Source: Candidatus Nomurabacteria bacterium (GTDB lineage Bacteria; Patescibacteriota; Minisyncoccia; Phycocordibacterales; UBA918). From it: a DNA stretch of 64,000 nt. The translations under genes and the position numbers were made by a program. Where the stretch lies: assembly GCA_020632095.1 (NCBI GenBank), contig JACKGF010000001.1:605366-669365 (forward strand), written 5' to 3'. The notes below the pieces were generated by a model that saw nothing but the letters and a program-made list of their open reading frames with translations, made no database searches and was not told the DNA's origin. Shown piece by piece: positions 1 through 8,970 of this stretch (position 1 is its first letter; each line of letters opens with the position of its first letter).

Positions 1-305
1 CCTGCCACGCACTGTCTCGATGTGGTTTTACCACACCGGTTAGAGACTACCAAAATGAAGGGAAGTATTTCACTGGCGACTCCACGGTACCCGAAAGCCC
101 GCTTCAAAGTCTTCTTCCTATGCTACGCATCAAATCAATAGCCCCAATACGAAGCTACAGTAAAGCTCCTGGGGTCTTTTCGTCTAACTGCAGGTACCCG
201 GCATCTTTACCGGGATTGTATTTTCACCGAGCAGGTCCTCGAGACAGTTTCCCACTCATTACGCCATTCGTGCACGTCGGAACTTACCCGACAAGGAAAT
301 ACGCT

Positions 306-525
306 CTATATTTCCTTCTCCTACAACTTATTTGTAGACATTTCACAATAGGACTCTATCTTAACCCGTTATTCCGAAGAACACTTGGGTCTGCAACATT
401 TGGTCTCTTGTTGGTTGCATTTGGATTATGTTTACATTTCTGCAAACAAGGTAACTATGGCTAGGCTGTTTAACCTATAACCGTTCCAATCCGTCGAGCG
501 CACTATTTATTGGATAATGTGCTCG
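306..525 (-). other. 220-nt insertion in 23S exactly after the U equivalent to E. coli U1931. Candidate small ORF-less group I intron or intervening sequence.
   Basis: rRNA-sense flanks read TAATCGTTCTAAGGT | insert | AGCGTATTTCCTTGTCGGG, against E. coli ...CGGUCCUAAGGU AGCGAAAUUCCUUGUCGGG. The upstream exon ends in U and the insert ends in G (...GGAAATATAG), as a group I intron would. L1931 is a known rRNA intron site. Confidence 0.5.
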
Positions 526-731
526 ACCTTAGAACGATTATAGTTATCGCTGACATTTACCGGGGCTTATACAGTCCAGCATAACAATCCGAAGATCATT
601 ACACCCCCCGTATTTAACCTTCCGGCATAGGTCAGGCGTCACCCCCTATACTTCCACTTTCGTGTTTGCAGGGAGCTGTGTTTTTGTTAAACAGTTGGCA
701 GGAAATCTTTCGCTGCGGCCCAATACACCAC

Positions 732-1029
732 TTTAGTCTCAACCAGGTTTGATTTTTAACTAAAGTACAAATCGTTGCCTCAAACTAAAACCTTGATTCA
801 AATTTCAGTGTGACAACATCAATAGTTCCGCCGGATTCAATATGCTTTCCAGTCAAATCTCCCAAGGGAGAGATATCTGCAGTAAAGCGAAACTCACAAC
901 TATCGCCATTGGCATCTACGCCACTAACGATGAATGTTCCGTTCGGATTGTCGAGACTTCCTTGCAATAAAGTTATCTCGACTGACCCTATTATTTTCAA
1001 TTTCATTCCACTTTCTCCTTTGTTGAGAA
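732..1029 (-). other. Expansion/insertion of about 300 nt in the 23S domain IV region (E. coli ~1700-1760, helix 63 area), closed by a long-range stem.
   Basis: Flanks 713-731 (ctgcggcccaatacaccac) and 1030-1048 (gtggtgtattgggcagacc) are inverted complements. Conserved 23S sequence resumes on both sides. E. coli has about 80 nt here against about 350. Confidence 0.55.
785..1006 (-). CDS. 73-aa ORF inside the 23S insertion, preceded by a canonical Shine-Dalgarno sequence. Function unknown; coding status uncertain.
   Basis: Minus-strand sequence upstream of the ATG reads aaaGGAGaaagtggaATG. The ORF lies fully within the insertion and on the same strand as the rRNA. No homing-endonuclease motif recognised. 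Confidence 0.3.
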   Translation of the reverse strand: MKLKIIGSVEITLLQGSLDNPNGTFIVSGVDANGDSCEFRFTADISPLGDLTGKHIESGGTIDVVTLKFESRF

Positions 1030-1573
1030 CAAAGTGGTGTATTGGGCAGACCTTATCCCTAAGTTACGGTCGCTTTTTTGCCGAGTTCCTTGAGGACCTC
1101 TCACTCGTTCGCCTTAGTCTTCTCGACTCTACCACCTGTGTCGGTTTGCGGTACGGAACCATTATGCTTAACCCAAACGAAGTTTTTCTCGGAAGCGTGC
1201 TCCCCACATCGGATCGGCCGTAGCCTCACCTTCAGACCCTACTCGGACTTGTGCCTCCCGGATTTACCAAAAAGACATCCTCATAGTTCCAACTCCAATC
1301 CAATAAGGAGCTGCGGGTACAACGCTCCGTCCCTCCATAGGAACATAACAGTGTGCAGGAATATTAACCTACTATCCATCGGGTCCCCCATTCGGGATTC
1401 CCTTAGGACCGACTAACCCTTCGCTGATCAACATCGCGAAGGAAACCTTGGTATTTCGGCGGGCAGGGTTCTCACCTGCCTTGCGGTTACTTGTGCCGGC
1501 ATTCTCACTCCTCCTCGCTCCACCGCGGCTCTCGCCTTGGATTCATCGCAGAGAAGGACGCTCTCCTACCACT

Positions 1574-1737
1574 CGTAGGCTTCATTGAGGATTCAAGCAT
1601 TGCTTGAATCAAGAAAATATTGATGAGGTAGATGGAATCGAACCAACGACCTTTACCTTTACAGGGTAACGCTCTACCGTCTGAGCTATACCTCGTCTAA
1701 TATTTTCTCAAAGAACTTTTCCTCAATGAAGCCTACG
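1574..1737 (-). other. Helix-45-type intervening sequence in 23S. An 18-bp stem encloses about 130 nt and replaces the short E. coli hairpin at ~1170-1190.
   Basis: Arms 1574-1591 (cgtaggcttcattgagga) and 1720-1737 (tcctcaatgaagcctacg) are perfect inverted repeats. Flanks align to E. coli CTGCGG / GGTAGGGGAGCG. Helix 45 is a classic site for RNase III-excised intervening sequences. Confidence 0.6.
1623..1695 (-). ncRNA. tRNA-like cloverleaf (anticodon GUA, class I-like with a 5-nt variable loop) inside the helix-45 intervening sequence. No encoded CCA.
   Basis: Sense CGAGGTA-TA-GCTC-AGACGGTA-GAGC-G-TTACC-CTGTAAA-GGTAA-AGGTC-GTTGG-TTCGATT-CCATC-TACCTCA-T. Canonical D-arm (A14, G18 G19). U33 and purine 37 present. 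Perfect T-loop TTCGATT. Acceptor 6/7 bp and T-stem 4/5 bp. Confidence 0.4.
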
Positions 1738-1821
1738 AATCCGCAGTTTCGGTAATATACTTGAGCCCCGATCATTTTCGGCGCAAGGACTCTCGACCAG
1801 TGAGCTATTACGCTATCTTTA

Positions 1822-1856
<35 letters not shown>

Positions 1857-2417
1857 TGAGGAATCCTCACCTCCTCATTTTGCACTGAGTATATATTTTG
1901 GGACCTTAACTGGCGATCTGGGCTGTTTCCCTTTCGACCAATGGAGCTTCGCCCCCATAGTCTAACTGCCGCGTTCTTGACCTGCTGGTATTCGGAGTTT
2001 GATAAGAAAGACGAGATTTCTCCCTGTTCTTTCTTTCCAGTGCTCTACCCCCAGAGGGAACACGCGACGCCAACCCAAAAGCTGTTTCGGAGAGAACCAG
2101 CTATTACGGAATTCGATAAGCTTTTCACTCCTTACCACAAGTCATCCGATGATTTTGTACGGTCAACCGGTTCGGGCCTCCACGACCTATTACAGTCGCT
2201 TCACCCTGCTCATGGCAAGCTCATCCCGCTTCGGGTCGTACCCCTACCCTATATTCGCGCTATTCACGCTCGCTTTCACTACGCCTCCGTGGGTTGCCAC
2301 TTAGACAAAGGATAAAGGTACACTCGCCGGCTCATTCTTCAATAGGCACGCCGTCGCCCCGCAGGGCTTCGACTCCTTGTAGATGTATGGTTTCAGATCT
2401 ATTTCACTCCCCTCTCC

Positions 2418-2463
<46 letters not shown>

Positions 2464-3013
2464 TTCAAGAATATTTAGCCTTACCAGTTAGTACTGGCAG
2501 ATTCACCCGAGCTATTCATGTCTCGGGCTACTCAGGAGTAGAACCAAAAGAGTCAGATACATTTCGAATACAGGGCTATTACCTACTGGGGCCACGCTTC
2601 CCAACGTGTTTTCCTATATATCTGTTTTGTAACTCTCCGCAACTAAATGCAGATTCTATCCTACAACCCCATACATATAAATACGTATGGTTTGGGCTTC
2701 TCCCGTTTCGCTCGCCGCTACTTAGGGAATCGCAAGAACCTTCTTCCTGATTATAATGGCACAACCGAAGTTGTATCTAATCAGAAAGAAAATTCCGTTT
2801 ATTGCTTTCTATTCCTACAGGTACTGAGATGTTTCACTTCCCTGCGTACGCTCCCTCATACAAGGGTCACTGCCGATGACAGTGGGGTTTCCCCATTCGG
2901 ACATATCCGGGTCAAAGGTTATTTGGCACCTCACCGAATCTTATCGCAGCCATATCACGTCCTTCATCGCTTCTTGAAGCCTAGGCATCCACCATACACC
3001 CTTTGTTCCTGTA

Positions 3014-3057
3014 AGGAACGTTGAACACCATCGCTACAGCGATGGTGTTCAACGTTC
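3014..3057 (-). other. Perfect 20-bp hairpin immediately 5' of mature 23S (leader / processing element).
   Basis: ggaacgttgaacaccatcgc-tac-agcgatggtgttcaacgttcc. Confidence 0.5.
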
Positions 3058-3792
3058 CTTGCTTTGTTCGCTCGCTCGATCATGGAAGAGTAAACTCTTC
3101 CGCGATTCTCGCTCGCTCCAAAGTAAGGAACAACACCATCGACTGTAATAAGGTTATTACGTTCCAAACAAAAACGCTGTGCACCGCTGCACAATTTTTG
3201 AGTGTCGTCCGGAGACTATCGCGTTACAAACATAGTCGGCTGACGCCTTCTTGTTTGTGTAACGCTCCGCATAAGTAAATCATAGTCGAGCAAAGCTCTC
3301 CTTGATTTTCTAATATATACTCCGGACTCATTCGTACTGCACTAGACGCTTTTGAAAATCTAGGGCAGTACTGTGTTTTGTTTTGATGTGTGTCGGGGAC
3401 GAAAAGACCTGTCCGAAGACAAACTCTAACCCGACACACTACCTACTCTGTACATCACTCACTTGCGTGCGTGATGTACAGAATTTGCCTACCGGGCGTC
3501 GATTCCACGGTAGGACTTTGCGAAGTGGGTCTTATCAACCCCACCTCAGTCCGAAGACTGAAGTGCTTTACTTCTGAATATGCGATTGTATGGTCAAGCC
3601 ATACAACCCCCATTCGTTCGGTCATACGAAAGTAAACTTTCGTGCGACGCTCACTCATGGGAATTGTCAAATATCGCGTACCTCCTTGAGTCTGAATAAA
3701 AAAGCCGCAATCTCGCGGCAAGTCACATCGCTAATGCGAATCTCTTGCTACGAAGCTTTCTTTTTTCTCAAACTCATAAATACGTGATGGCC

Positions 3793-3820
3793 ATAATATA
3801 GAATTTGAAATAAAAGTCAA
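3793..3820 (-). promoter_or_regulatory. Candidate sigma70-like promoter (TTGACT-N16-TATTAT) facing the 23S leader. A hairpin plus T6 about 95 nt downstream (3697-3720) could make a short leader or small transcript.
   Basis: Minus strand reads cTTGACTtttatttcaaattctaTATTATgg. Minus-strand hairpin gccgcgagattgcggc followed by tttttt at 3697-3720. Confidence 0.2.
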
Positions 3821-3872
3821 GCATTATCTCTGGATAATTATCAATGATTTTGTCCACAGTTTTTCCACAGAA

Positions 3873-3903
3873 AAAACCGGCGCTAGAAGCACCGGTTTTA
3901 AGG
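3873..3903 (-). terminator. Rho-independent terminator after the L,D-transpeptidase-like gene.
   Basis: accggcgctagaagcaccggt hairpin. The minus strand is followed by ttttttctg. Confidence 0.55.
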
Positions 3904-3930
3904 TCAAAATCGACCAGCTGTGGACAATCA

Positions 3931-4722
3931 TCATTCGTAAGGAAGAACGATAAACACTGGACTCAATTCCTGCTGTTCTTGAGTTAACCACCCAAATTCT
4001 TTCTTCCCTACCACTCTTCGAATGTGTTCACTCAATCTCTTTGCGTCTCTGGAAAACATTCCAACACAACCATGACTAGCATTTTTACCCGGCGCAGGGC
4101 GGTCATGAAAACCTAGTCCACCCTCAGTTAGGCGTGTAAAGTAGGGCATCTTCGCACACCTGCCGCGACTTATAATATTGCCAGCACTATCTTTCTGAGC
4201 ACAGCCAACTGGATACGCACTGGAACGTCGATTCGGACCAGCCACTTCAATGAAATGATATATGCCTTCCGTGGTTCGACACCTTCGACCGATATCTGGA
4301 CACCAATCTTTACCACCTACTGCCGGCCCCCAGGCCACTAGCTTGCCTTGCAAGTAATGTCCCCACGCTAATTCTCGGGGAGAAAAAACTATCACGTCGC
4401 TTGAGTCTACTGTGTACCCCAGAAAAACTAAGTACTCAGGCAGTGGCGATAGATCCATCCAGTTAGTCTCTGTCGGAGGCAACACCAGATGCTGCCTTCT
4501 CCTAAGTGGTGTGTTCTGGCGGTTATATCGTTGTACGAAGTATCTATAGGACTCGTCGTCGGCCAAGTCAGGGATATTATTCCAACTCTGCCCTTTTTTG
4601 ATAACCAGACACCGCCAACCTACCCCCAATTTTCCCTCGCAAACCTTCTTAGCAAACTCATTGGCTGAAGCAGGGGATGTGAAAAAACAAAACGAAAGAA
4701 CAACCACCAACAATCTAAACAT
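3931..4722 (-). CDS. Secreted L,D-transpeptidase (YkuD-like) domain protein.
   Basis: N-terminal signal peptide. H-x14-SHGC catalytic-type motif (FHDRPAPGKNASHGCVGM). Confidence 0.5.
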   Translation of the reverse strand: MFRLLVVVLSFCFFTSPASANEFAKKVCEGKLGVGWRCLVIKKGQSWNNIPDLADDESYRYFVQRYNRQNTPLRRRQHLVLPPTETNWMDLSPLPEYLVFLGYTVDSSDVIVFSPRELAWGHYLQGKLVAWGPAVGGKDWCPDIGRRCRTTEGIYHFIEVAGPNRRSSAYPVGCAQKDSAGNIISRGRCAKMPYFTRLTEGGLGFHDRPAPGKNASHGCVGMFSRDAKRLSEHIRRVVGKKEFGWLTQEQQELSPVFIVLPYE

Positions 4723-4871
4723 TTCCTTCTCCTAATGTTTATGTTTATTGAACCTACTTAGAGATTAACTAAAAAAATATAAATTGCAATCAACTTACCC
4801 AACGTCATTTATACAAATCAAAAATCTTCCCGCTGGAAGATTTTTGATTAACAAATCATTAATAAATTAAA

Positions 4872-5546
4872 TTAATGTTTCTTAGTAACATCATCTATGT
4901 ACCGTGCCGCCGCGTCTTTCCCTCCCAAACCAAACGCCAGTCCAGTCGCCAAAGCTAAAGCAAATACGATACCAGTAAATAATGTGTTAACTAGTTCATC
5001 AGCAATCTCCAACTGATTTAAAGCAGCCATAATCGCGAAAGCAATCACCAGGTAGTACGCAATCCGGCCAAACAATTCTGGCTTCTTACCACCACTTGCC
5101 CGCAATGAAGCTTCGAGAGTCGTACGAGCCAAACTTGCAATCACAACTGCTGCAAACAAAATCAATACTGCAGCGAACACCTTTGGTAAGTAGCCAAAGA
5201 CTACGTCGTGCATAAAGACATTAACTTGTGACAAGCCGAGAATATCAAATGCCACCATCGCGAATGCCAAAATAACAAACCACTTAACCAACGCTCCCAC
5301 AAAATTACCAGGCAAAAACTGATGACCAGCCTTCTTTGATAATTCATCCACTCCTGCCTTGTCTAAAGCTTCATTAATCTTAAATGTCCGAAATAGTTTT
5401 CGAACTGCACCTCCAGCAATTCCGCCAATAATCCAACCTACAATTAATACCAGTACGGCCACGGCAATCTGAGGTAAAAATTGGTTTGCTCCACCCCAAA
5501 GGTTTCCCATCGATTCACCTAAGGGGCCATATATGTTATATCCCAT
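4872..5546 (-). CDS. Integral membrane protein, hypothetical.
   Basis: Multiple hydrophobic helices with repeated GxxxG-rich segments. Confidence 0.5.
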   Translation of the reverse strand: MGYNIYGPLGESMGNLWGGANQFLPQIAVAVLVLIVGWIIGGIAGGAVRKLFRTFKINEALDKAGVDELSKKAGHQFLPGNFVGALVKWFVILAFAMVAFDILGLSQVNVFMHDVVFGYLPKVFAAVLILFAAVVIASLARTTLEASLRASGGKKPELFGRIAYYLVIAFAIMAALNQLEIADELVNTLFTGIVFALALATGLAFGLGGKDAAARYIDDVTKKH

Positions 5547-5737
5547 AATATTATTTACTTAGTTTATCTACTAATAATATAAGTTTACTATTACTTGAAG
5601 GTTTGTCACCCTGTATTTAATAAGAACAAGGACATTTAGGGTGGTGTAAAATCATTTACATTATGTTAATCATAAGGCACTATGCTGGTTGCAAAAAATA
5701 AAGTTTTTTCTAACTGTGTTTTTTAGGGAGGGGTTAA

Positions 5738-5920
5738 ATGAGCAAATTTATGATATACAGCCTGACGGTTTTGGGAGGGTTCGCAATCGTTTCACTAATT
5801 GCGATCCTGATAATGTACCTCTTCGGAGCTGACATCCCCAAGATGTTCAGCTGGGCTTGGCTGACCCGTGACTACGGGCTGTGTGCGATGCCCACGAATA
5901 TGATTTGTCGATTGCACTAA
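5738..5920 (+). CDS. Small (60 aa) membrane protein.
   Basis: Strong SD (tagGGAGGggttaaATG). Single TM helix. Followed by a hairpin plus T7 terminator at 5949-5981. Confidence 0.45.
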   Translation: MSKFMIYSLTVLGGFAIVSLIAILIMYLFGADIPKMFSWAWLTRDYGLCAMPTNMICRLH

Positions 5921-5948
5921 TTTAGACAACAAGGGTCTAAAAATCACG

Positions 5949-5981
5949 GGCTAGTCTACCAAGACTGCCCGTTTTTTTATA
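5949..5981 (+). terminator. Rho-independent terminator.
   Basis: cgggctagtct-acca-agactgcccg followed by ttttttt. Confidence 0.55.
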
Positions 5982-5994
5982 TTTAAACTGGGGT

Positions 5995-6466
5995 GCATTC
6001 ACCCCAAGAGTACTTCCATTTTTATAGTCGACTGACGTCTCCTTAAAAATTAGGGCGCGCATAGGCCCTGCTGAAGTTGGTTTTTGTTGGAGATGGTTGG
6101 TGGTGCGCCGATATTTTGCCCTAGGAAAGGGGCAAAATACTGGCGATGCATTCACCCCAAGGGTACTTCCATTTTTATAGTCGACTGACGTCTCCTTAAA
6201 AATTAGGGCGCGCATAGGCCCTGCTGAAGTTGGTTTTTGTTGGAGATGGTTGGTGGTGCGCCGATATTTTGCCCTAGGAAAGGGGCAAAATACTGGCGAT
6301 GCATTCACCCCAAGGGTACTTCCATTTTTATAGTCGACTGACGTCTCCTTAAAAATTAGGGCGCGCATAGGCCCTGCTGAAGTTGGTTTTTGTTGGAGAT
6401 GGTTGGTGGTGCGCCGATATTTTGCCCTAGGAAAGGGGCAAAATACTGGCGATGCATTCGCAATAG
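5995..6466. repeat. 153-bp tandem repeat, three near-identical copies plus a partial fourth start.
   Basis: Copies start at 5995, 6148 and 6301 with one mismatch in total. Each unit holds hairpins ttttgccc-tagg-aaa-ggggcaaaa and agggc-gcgcatag-gccct. The minus-strand ORF 5937..6368 simply reads a 51-aa peptide three times. Confidence 0.9.
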
Positions 6467-6488
6467 GCCCTTTGGGCCTTTGCTCATG

Positions 6489-7124
6489 CTACATTCTATA
6501 GCTGTTGGAGGTGACTTCGTCTTTTGCTCCGATTTTATCGATTAGGACTTGGTGATTGTAGTCAAAGAAATCGCGAGTTAGTTTGTCGTACATACCAATC
6601 CGATACATTAAATCTTCGGAAGACATCGCGGCAAAGCGAATTTCCATGCCGATTTCAGCTTCGAGTGAACGGATAGCTTTATCTACATGCGACTGAGAAA
6701 ATTTCTTCATCGCCAAAAGGACATCAAGCCTTTGTTCAAAATCGCGCACAAACACTCCCGCTATCCCAACGAAGTCCAACACCCCCGCTTGGCGTAGGTG
6801 CTTCAGTAGATTCTTGCCGTCTATCGGTGCGGTTTCAAACAAGAAAGTCTGGAGCGCTTGAAGCTCCGGAAAGTCTTTATTAACGCTGTAGCCGAGCGCT
6901 TTGAGCTTCTTGTCACTATCTGGAACATCTAAATAGATAGTCTTCTGCTTTATTACCCCGGCTTTTTCAAGCGAAGTAATTTCGGTCCGAGCAGTGCGTC
7001 GCACCAACTTGGCCCGCTTGCTAATATCATCAAAAGAAAACTCCTTAGAAGGATTAAATAGGAAAAAACGTAGTAATTTTACTCTCGCTTGACTACCAAA
7101 CAGAATTGAAAGTGGGTCAGACAT
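6489..7124 (-). CDS. Hypothetical protein with an N-terminal winged-helix-like segment (putative regulator).
   Basis: ORF with no overlaps. N-terminal RVKLLRFFLFNP...FDDISKRAKLVRRTARTEITSLEKAGVI resembles a wHTH. Confidence 0.45.
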   Translation of the reverse strand: MSDPLSILFGSQARVKLLRFFLFNPSKEFSFDDISKRAKLVRRTARTEITSLEKAGVIKQKTIYLDVPDSDKKLKALGYSVNKDFPELQALQTFLFETAPIDGKNLLKHLRQAGVLDFVGIAGVFVRDFEQRLDVLLAMKKFSQSHVDKAIRSLEAEIGMEIRFAAMSSEDLMYRIGMYDKLTRDFFDYNHQVLIDKIGAKDEVTSNSYRM

Positions 7125-7206
7125 ACCTGTGTGCGCCGATTATATCACAGATATTGAATAGACAGCTAAGTCTAGAAATGTTGTAAATTGTGCAATATAT
7201 AAAGCC

Positions 7207-7241
7207 AAAACCGGCGCGGACCAAAGGTCCGCGCCGGTTTT
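7207..7241. terminator. Strong GC hairpin, bidirectional terminator-like.
   Basis: aaaaccggcgcggacc-aaa-ggtccgcgccggtttt followed by gtcttttt. Confidence 0.5.
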
Positions 7242-7257
7242 GTCTTTTTATTGAGAT

Positions 7258-7281
7258 TACTTAAGGGTAACCTTAGCTCCG
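7258..7281. repeat. Duplicated copy of the rplL 3' end (24 bp).
   Basis: ttacttaagggtaaccttagctcc at 7258, against ttacttaagagttaccttagctcc at 7466-7489 (stop codon region of rplL). Confidence 0.6.
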
Positions 7282-7435
7282 TCACGAATCACTAAGCTGA
7301 TTCGCTCGCTTCACTCGCGAATCGGCTAAGTGTTCTCTACCCCGCCTCACCGCTCGCGAAAAAACAGTCTCCCAGACTATTTTTTCTGATACGCGCTTCC
7401 GGCCCTGAAGCTAAGGTAATTCTTTTTTGTAATTA

Positions 7436-7463
7436 AAAAGACCGTCTAGGCGACGGTCTTTTT
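7436..7463 (-). terminator. Rho-independent terminator of rplL.
   Basis: aaaaagaccgtc-tagg-cgacggtcttttt. The minus strand is followed by tttttaatt. Confidence 0.6.
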
Positions 7464-7465
7464 AA

Positions 7466-7954
7466 TTACTTAAGAGTTACCTTAGCTCCAGCTCCTTCGA
7501 GCTTGGCTTTTAGTTCTTCAGCGTCTTCCTTCTTTAGACCAGCCTTCACTTCTGCTGGCGCTCCGTCTACCATTTCCTTAGCTTCCTTAAGACCTAGTCC
7601 GAGCACTTCCTTAACCACCTTGATAACAGCAATCTTCTGCGCTCCAGCTTCTGTTAGTTCAACAGTGAACTCTGACTGCTCTTCAGCAGCGTCACCGCCA
7701 GCAGCTGGACCAGCTACTGCAACAGCAGAAGCAGATACACCAAATCGCTTTTCTAACACCTTCACAAGTGAATGTAGTTCCAGTACTGACATGTTTTCAA
7801 CTTGCTCGATAAGCTTCTTGAATTCTTCAGGCACTTCTACTGATTCATCAACGTCTGATACAGCTTCTTCTTTTGCAGCTTCTACTACTGGAGCCGCTTC
7901 TTCTACTACTGGAGCAGTCTCTTCGACTACTACTGTTTCTTTTTCATCACTCAT
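7466..7954 (-). CDS. rplL: 50S ribosomal protein L7/L12.
   Basis: C-terminal [27 protein letters not shown]...[11 protein letters not shown] is the canonical L7/L12 CTD. Acidic/Ala-rich N-terminal extension. Confidence 0.9.
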   Translation of the reverse strand: MSDEKETVVVEETAPVVEEAAPVVEAAKEEAVSDVDESVEVPEEFKKLIEQVENMSVLELHSLVKVLEKRFGVSASAVAVAGPAAGGDAAEEQSEFTVELTEAGAQKIAVIKVVKEVLGLGLKEAKEMVDGAPAEVKAGLKKEDAEELKAKLEGAGAKVTLK

Positions 7955-8215
7955 AGTAATTTTGTTTAAGTTTTGCCAGAGTGTTCTAGCAATTTCCTCT
8001 AGGAAACGAGGAAATTGAGAACTAAATTCAGAATAGTCGCTCGCGCTCCTTTCTTTATTTATCGTCTGACATATTAATATTATTAGTTTAATCCTGAGTC
8101 TTTTAGAAAGTGGAATTTTGCTTTAGACACGCGAAGCACAAGGAAATTTTTGTGAGCCGTACAAGTGTACGGTGAATAAAAATTTCTGCAGTGCGCCAAA
8201 GTGAATGAAGTGAAA

Positions 8216-8701
8216 TTACGCTTTCTTATCGGCGATAGCGTTTAGCCCGATAACTAGACCCTGAATCGGAGAATTGATAACGTTTACAAACATACCTCGT
8301 AGTACTTGTAGTGGTGGGATTGAAGCAATCTCAGTCATTTCACTAGCGTTCTTGTATACGCCTTGGAAGATTCCTCCAGCGATAGCAAGATTGTTCTTGT
8401 ACTTAGTGGTAAATTCTTTAATTTGTTGCGCTGGAGCAATTGCGTCTGCACTGTATGCAACCGCGATTTCTCCGTCTAGAGCGGGCATTTCGCCTTCGTA
8501 GGCACCATCAAACGCTCGCTTCATCAATGTCTTCTTGGCCACAAAGTAACCAACATTTTCACTTCGCAACTTAGTTCGCATCGCAGTTGTATCAGCCACG
8601 GTCATCCCGTTAAACTTAACAAACACGATTGATTCAGAGTCATTTTTAACTCCAGCGAGTTTATTTAGAATCGTTTCTTTTTTTGCTTTTGTAATTGCCA
8701 T
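8216..8701 (-). CDS. rplJ: 50S ribosomal protein L10.
   Basis: L10-like sequence immediately upstream of rplL. About 270-nt leader upstream (8702-8970). Confidence 0.88.
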   Translation of the reverse strand: MAITKAKKETILNKLAGVKNDSESIVFVKFNGMTVADTTAMRTKLRSENVGYFVAKKTLMKRAFDGAYEGEMPALDGEIAVAYSADAIAPAQQIKEFTTKYKNNLAIAGGIFQGVYKNASEMTEIASIPPLQVLRGMFVNVINSPIQGLVIGLNAIADKKA

Positions 8702-8924
8702 GATTGTATAAAATCATTGGATAAAAACAGGCCCATCATATATATGAGGGGCTCGACCACGTATCCAAAGAGGAGTACGACCTCGGCCGGCGAAGCTTTT
8801 GCTTCATTACCGCACTTAACCGTGCGACCGACTGTCATGAGCCTGTTGCTGGATACTTTAGCAGAAATACTTAAAAATACAACTGTTTGTCTAAGTAGGT
8901 GATAAAAATGCTGTTTAATCCGAA

Positions 8925-8958
8925 CAAAGGCCGGCTTCCTACGGAAGCCGGCCTTTGT
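8925..8958. terminator. Strong hairpin terminator after the 8971..9447 gene.
   Basis: caaaggccggcttcc-tac-ggaagccggcctttg followed by ttc. Confidence 0.6.
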
Positions 8959-8970
8959 TCTAAGTTCCTT

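Noticed and set aside
5937-6368. 143-aa ORF encoding a 51-aa peptide three times.
   Set aside because: It is a direct consequence of the 153-bp DNA tandem repeat. It has no ribosome-binding site and starts inside the array. It is kept only as a repeat feature.
7503-8018. 171-aa Ser/Thr/Ala-rich ORF on the plus strand.
   Set aside because: It is antisense to rplL. Its low-complexity composition mirrors the rplL Ala/Glu-rich codons.
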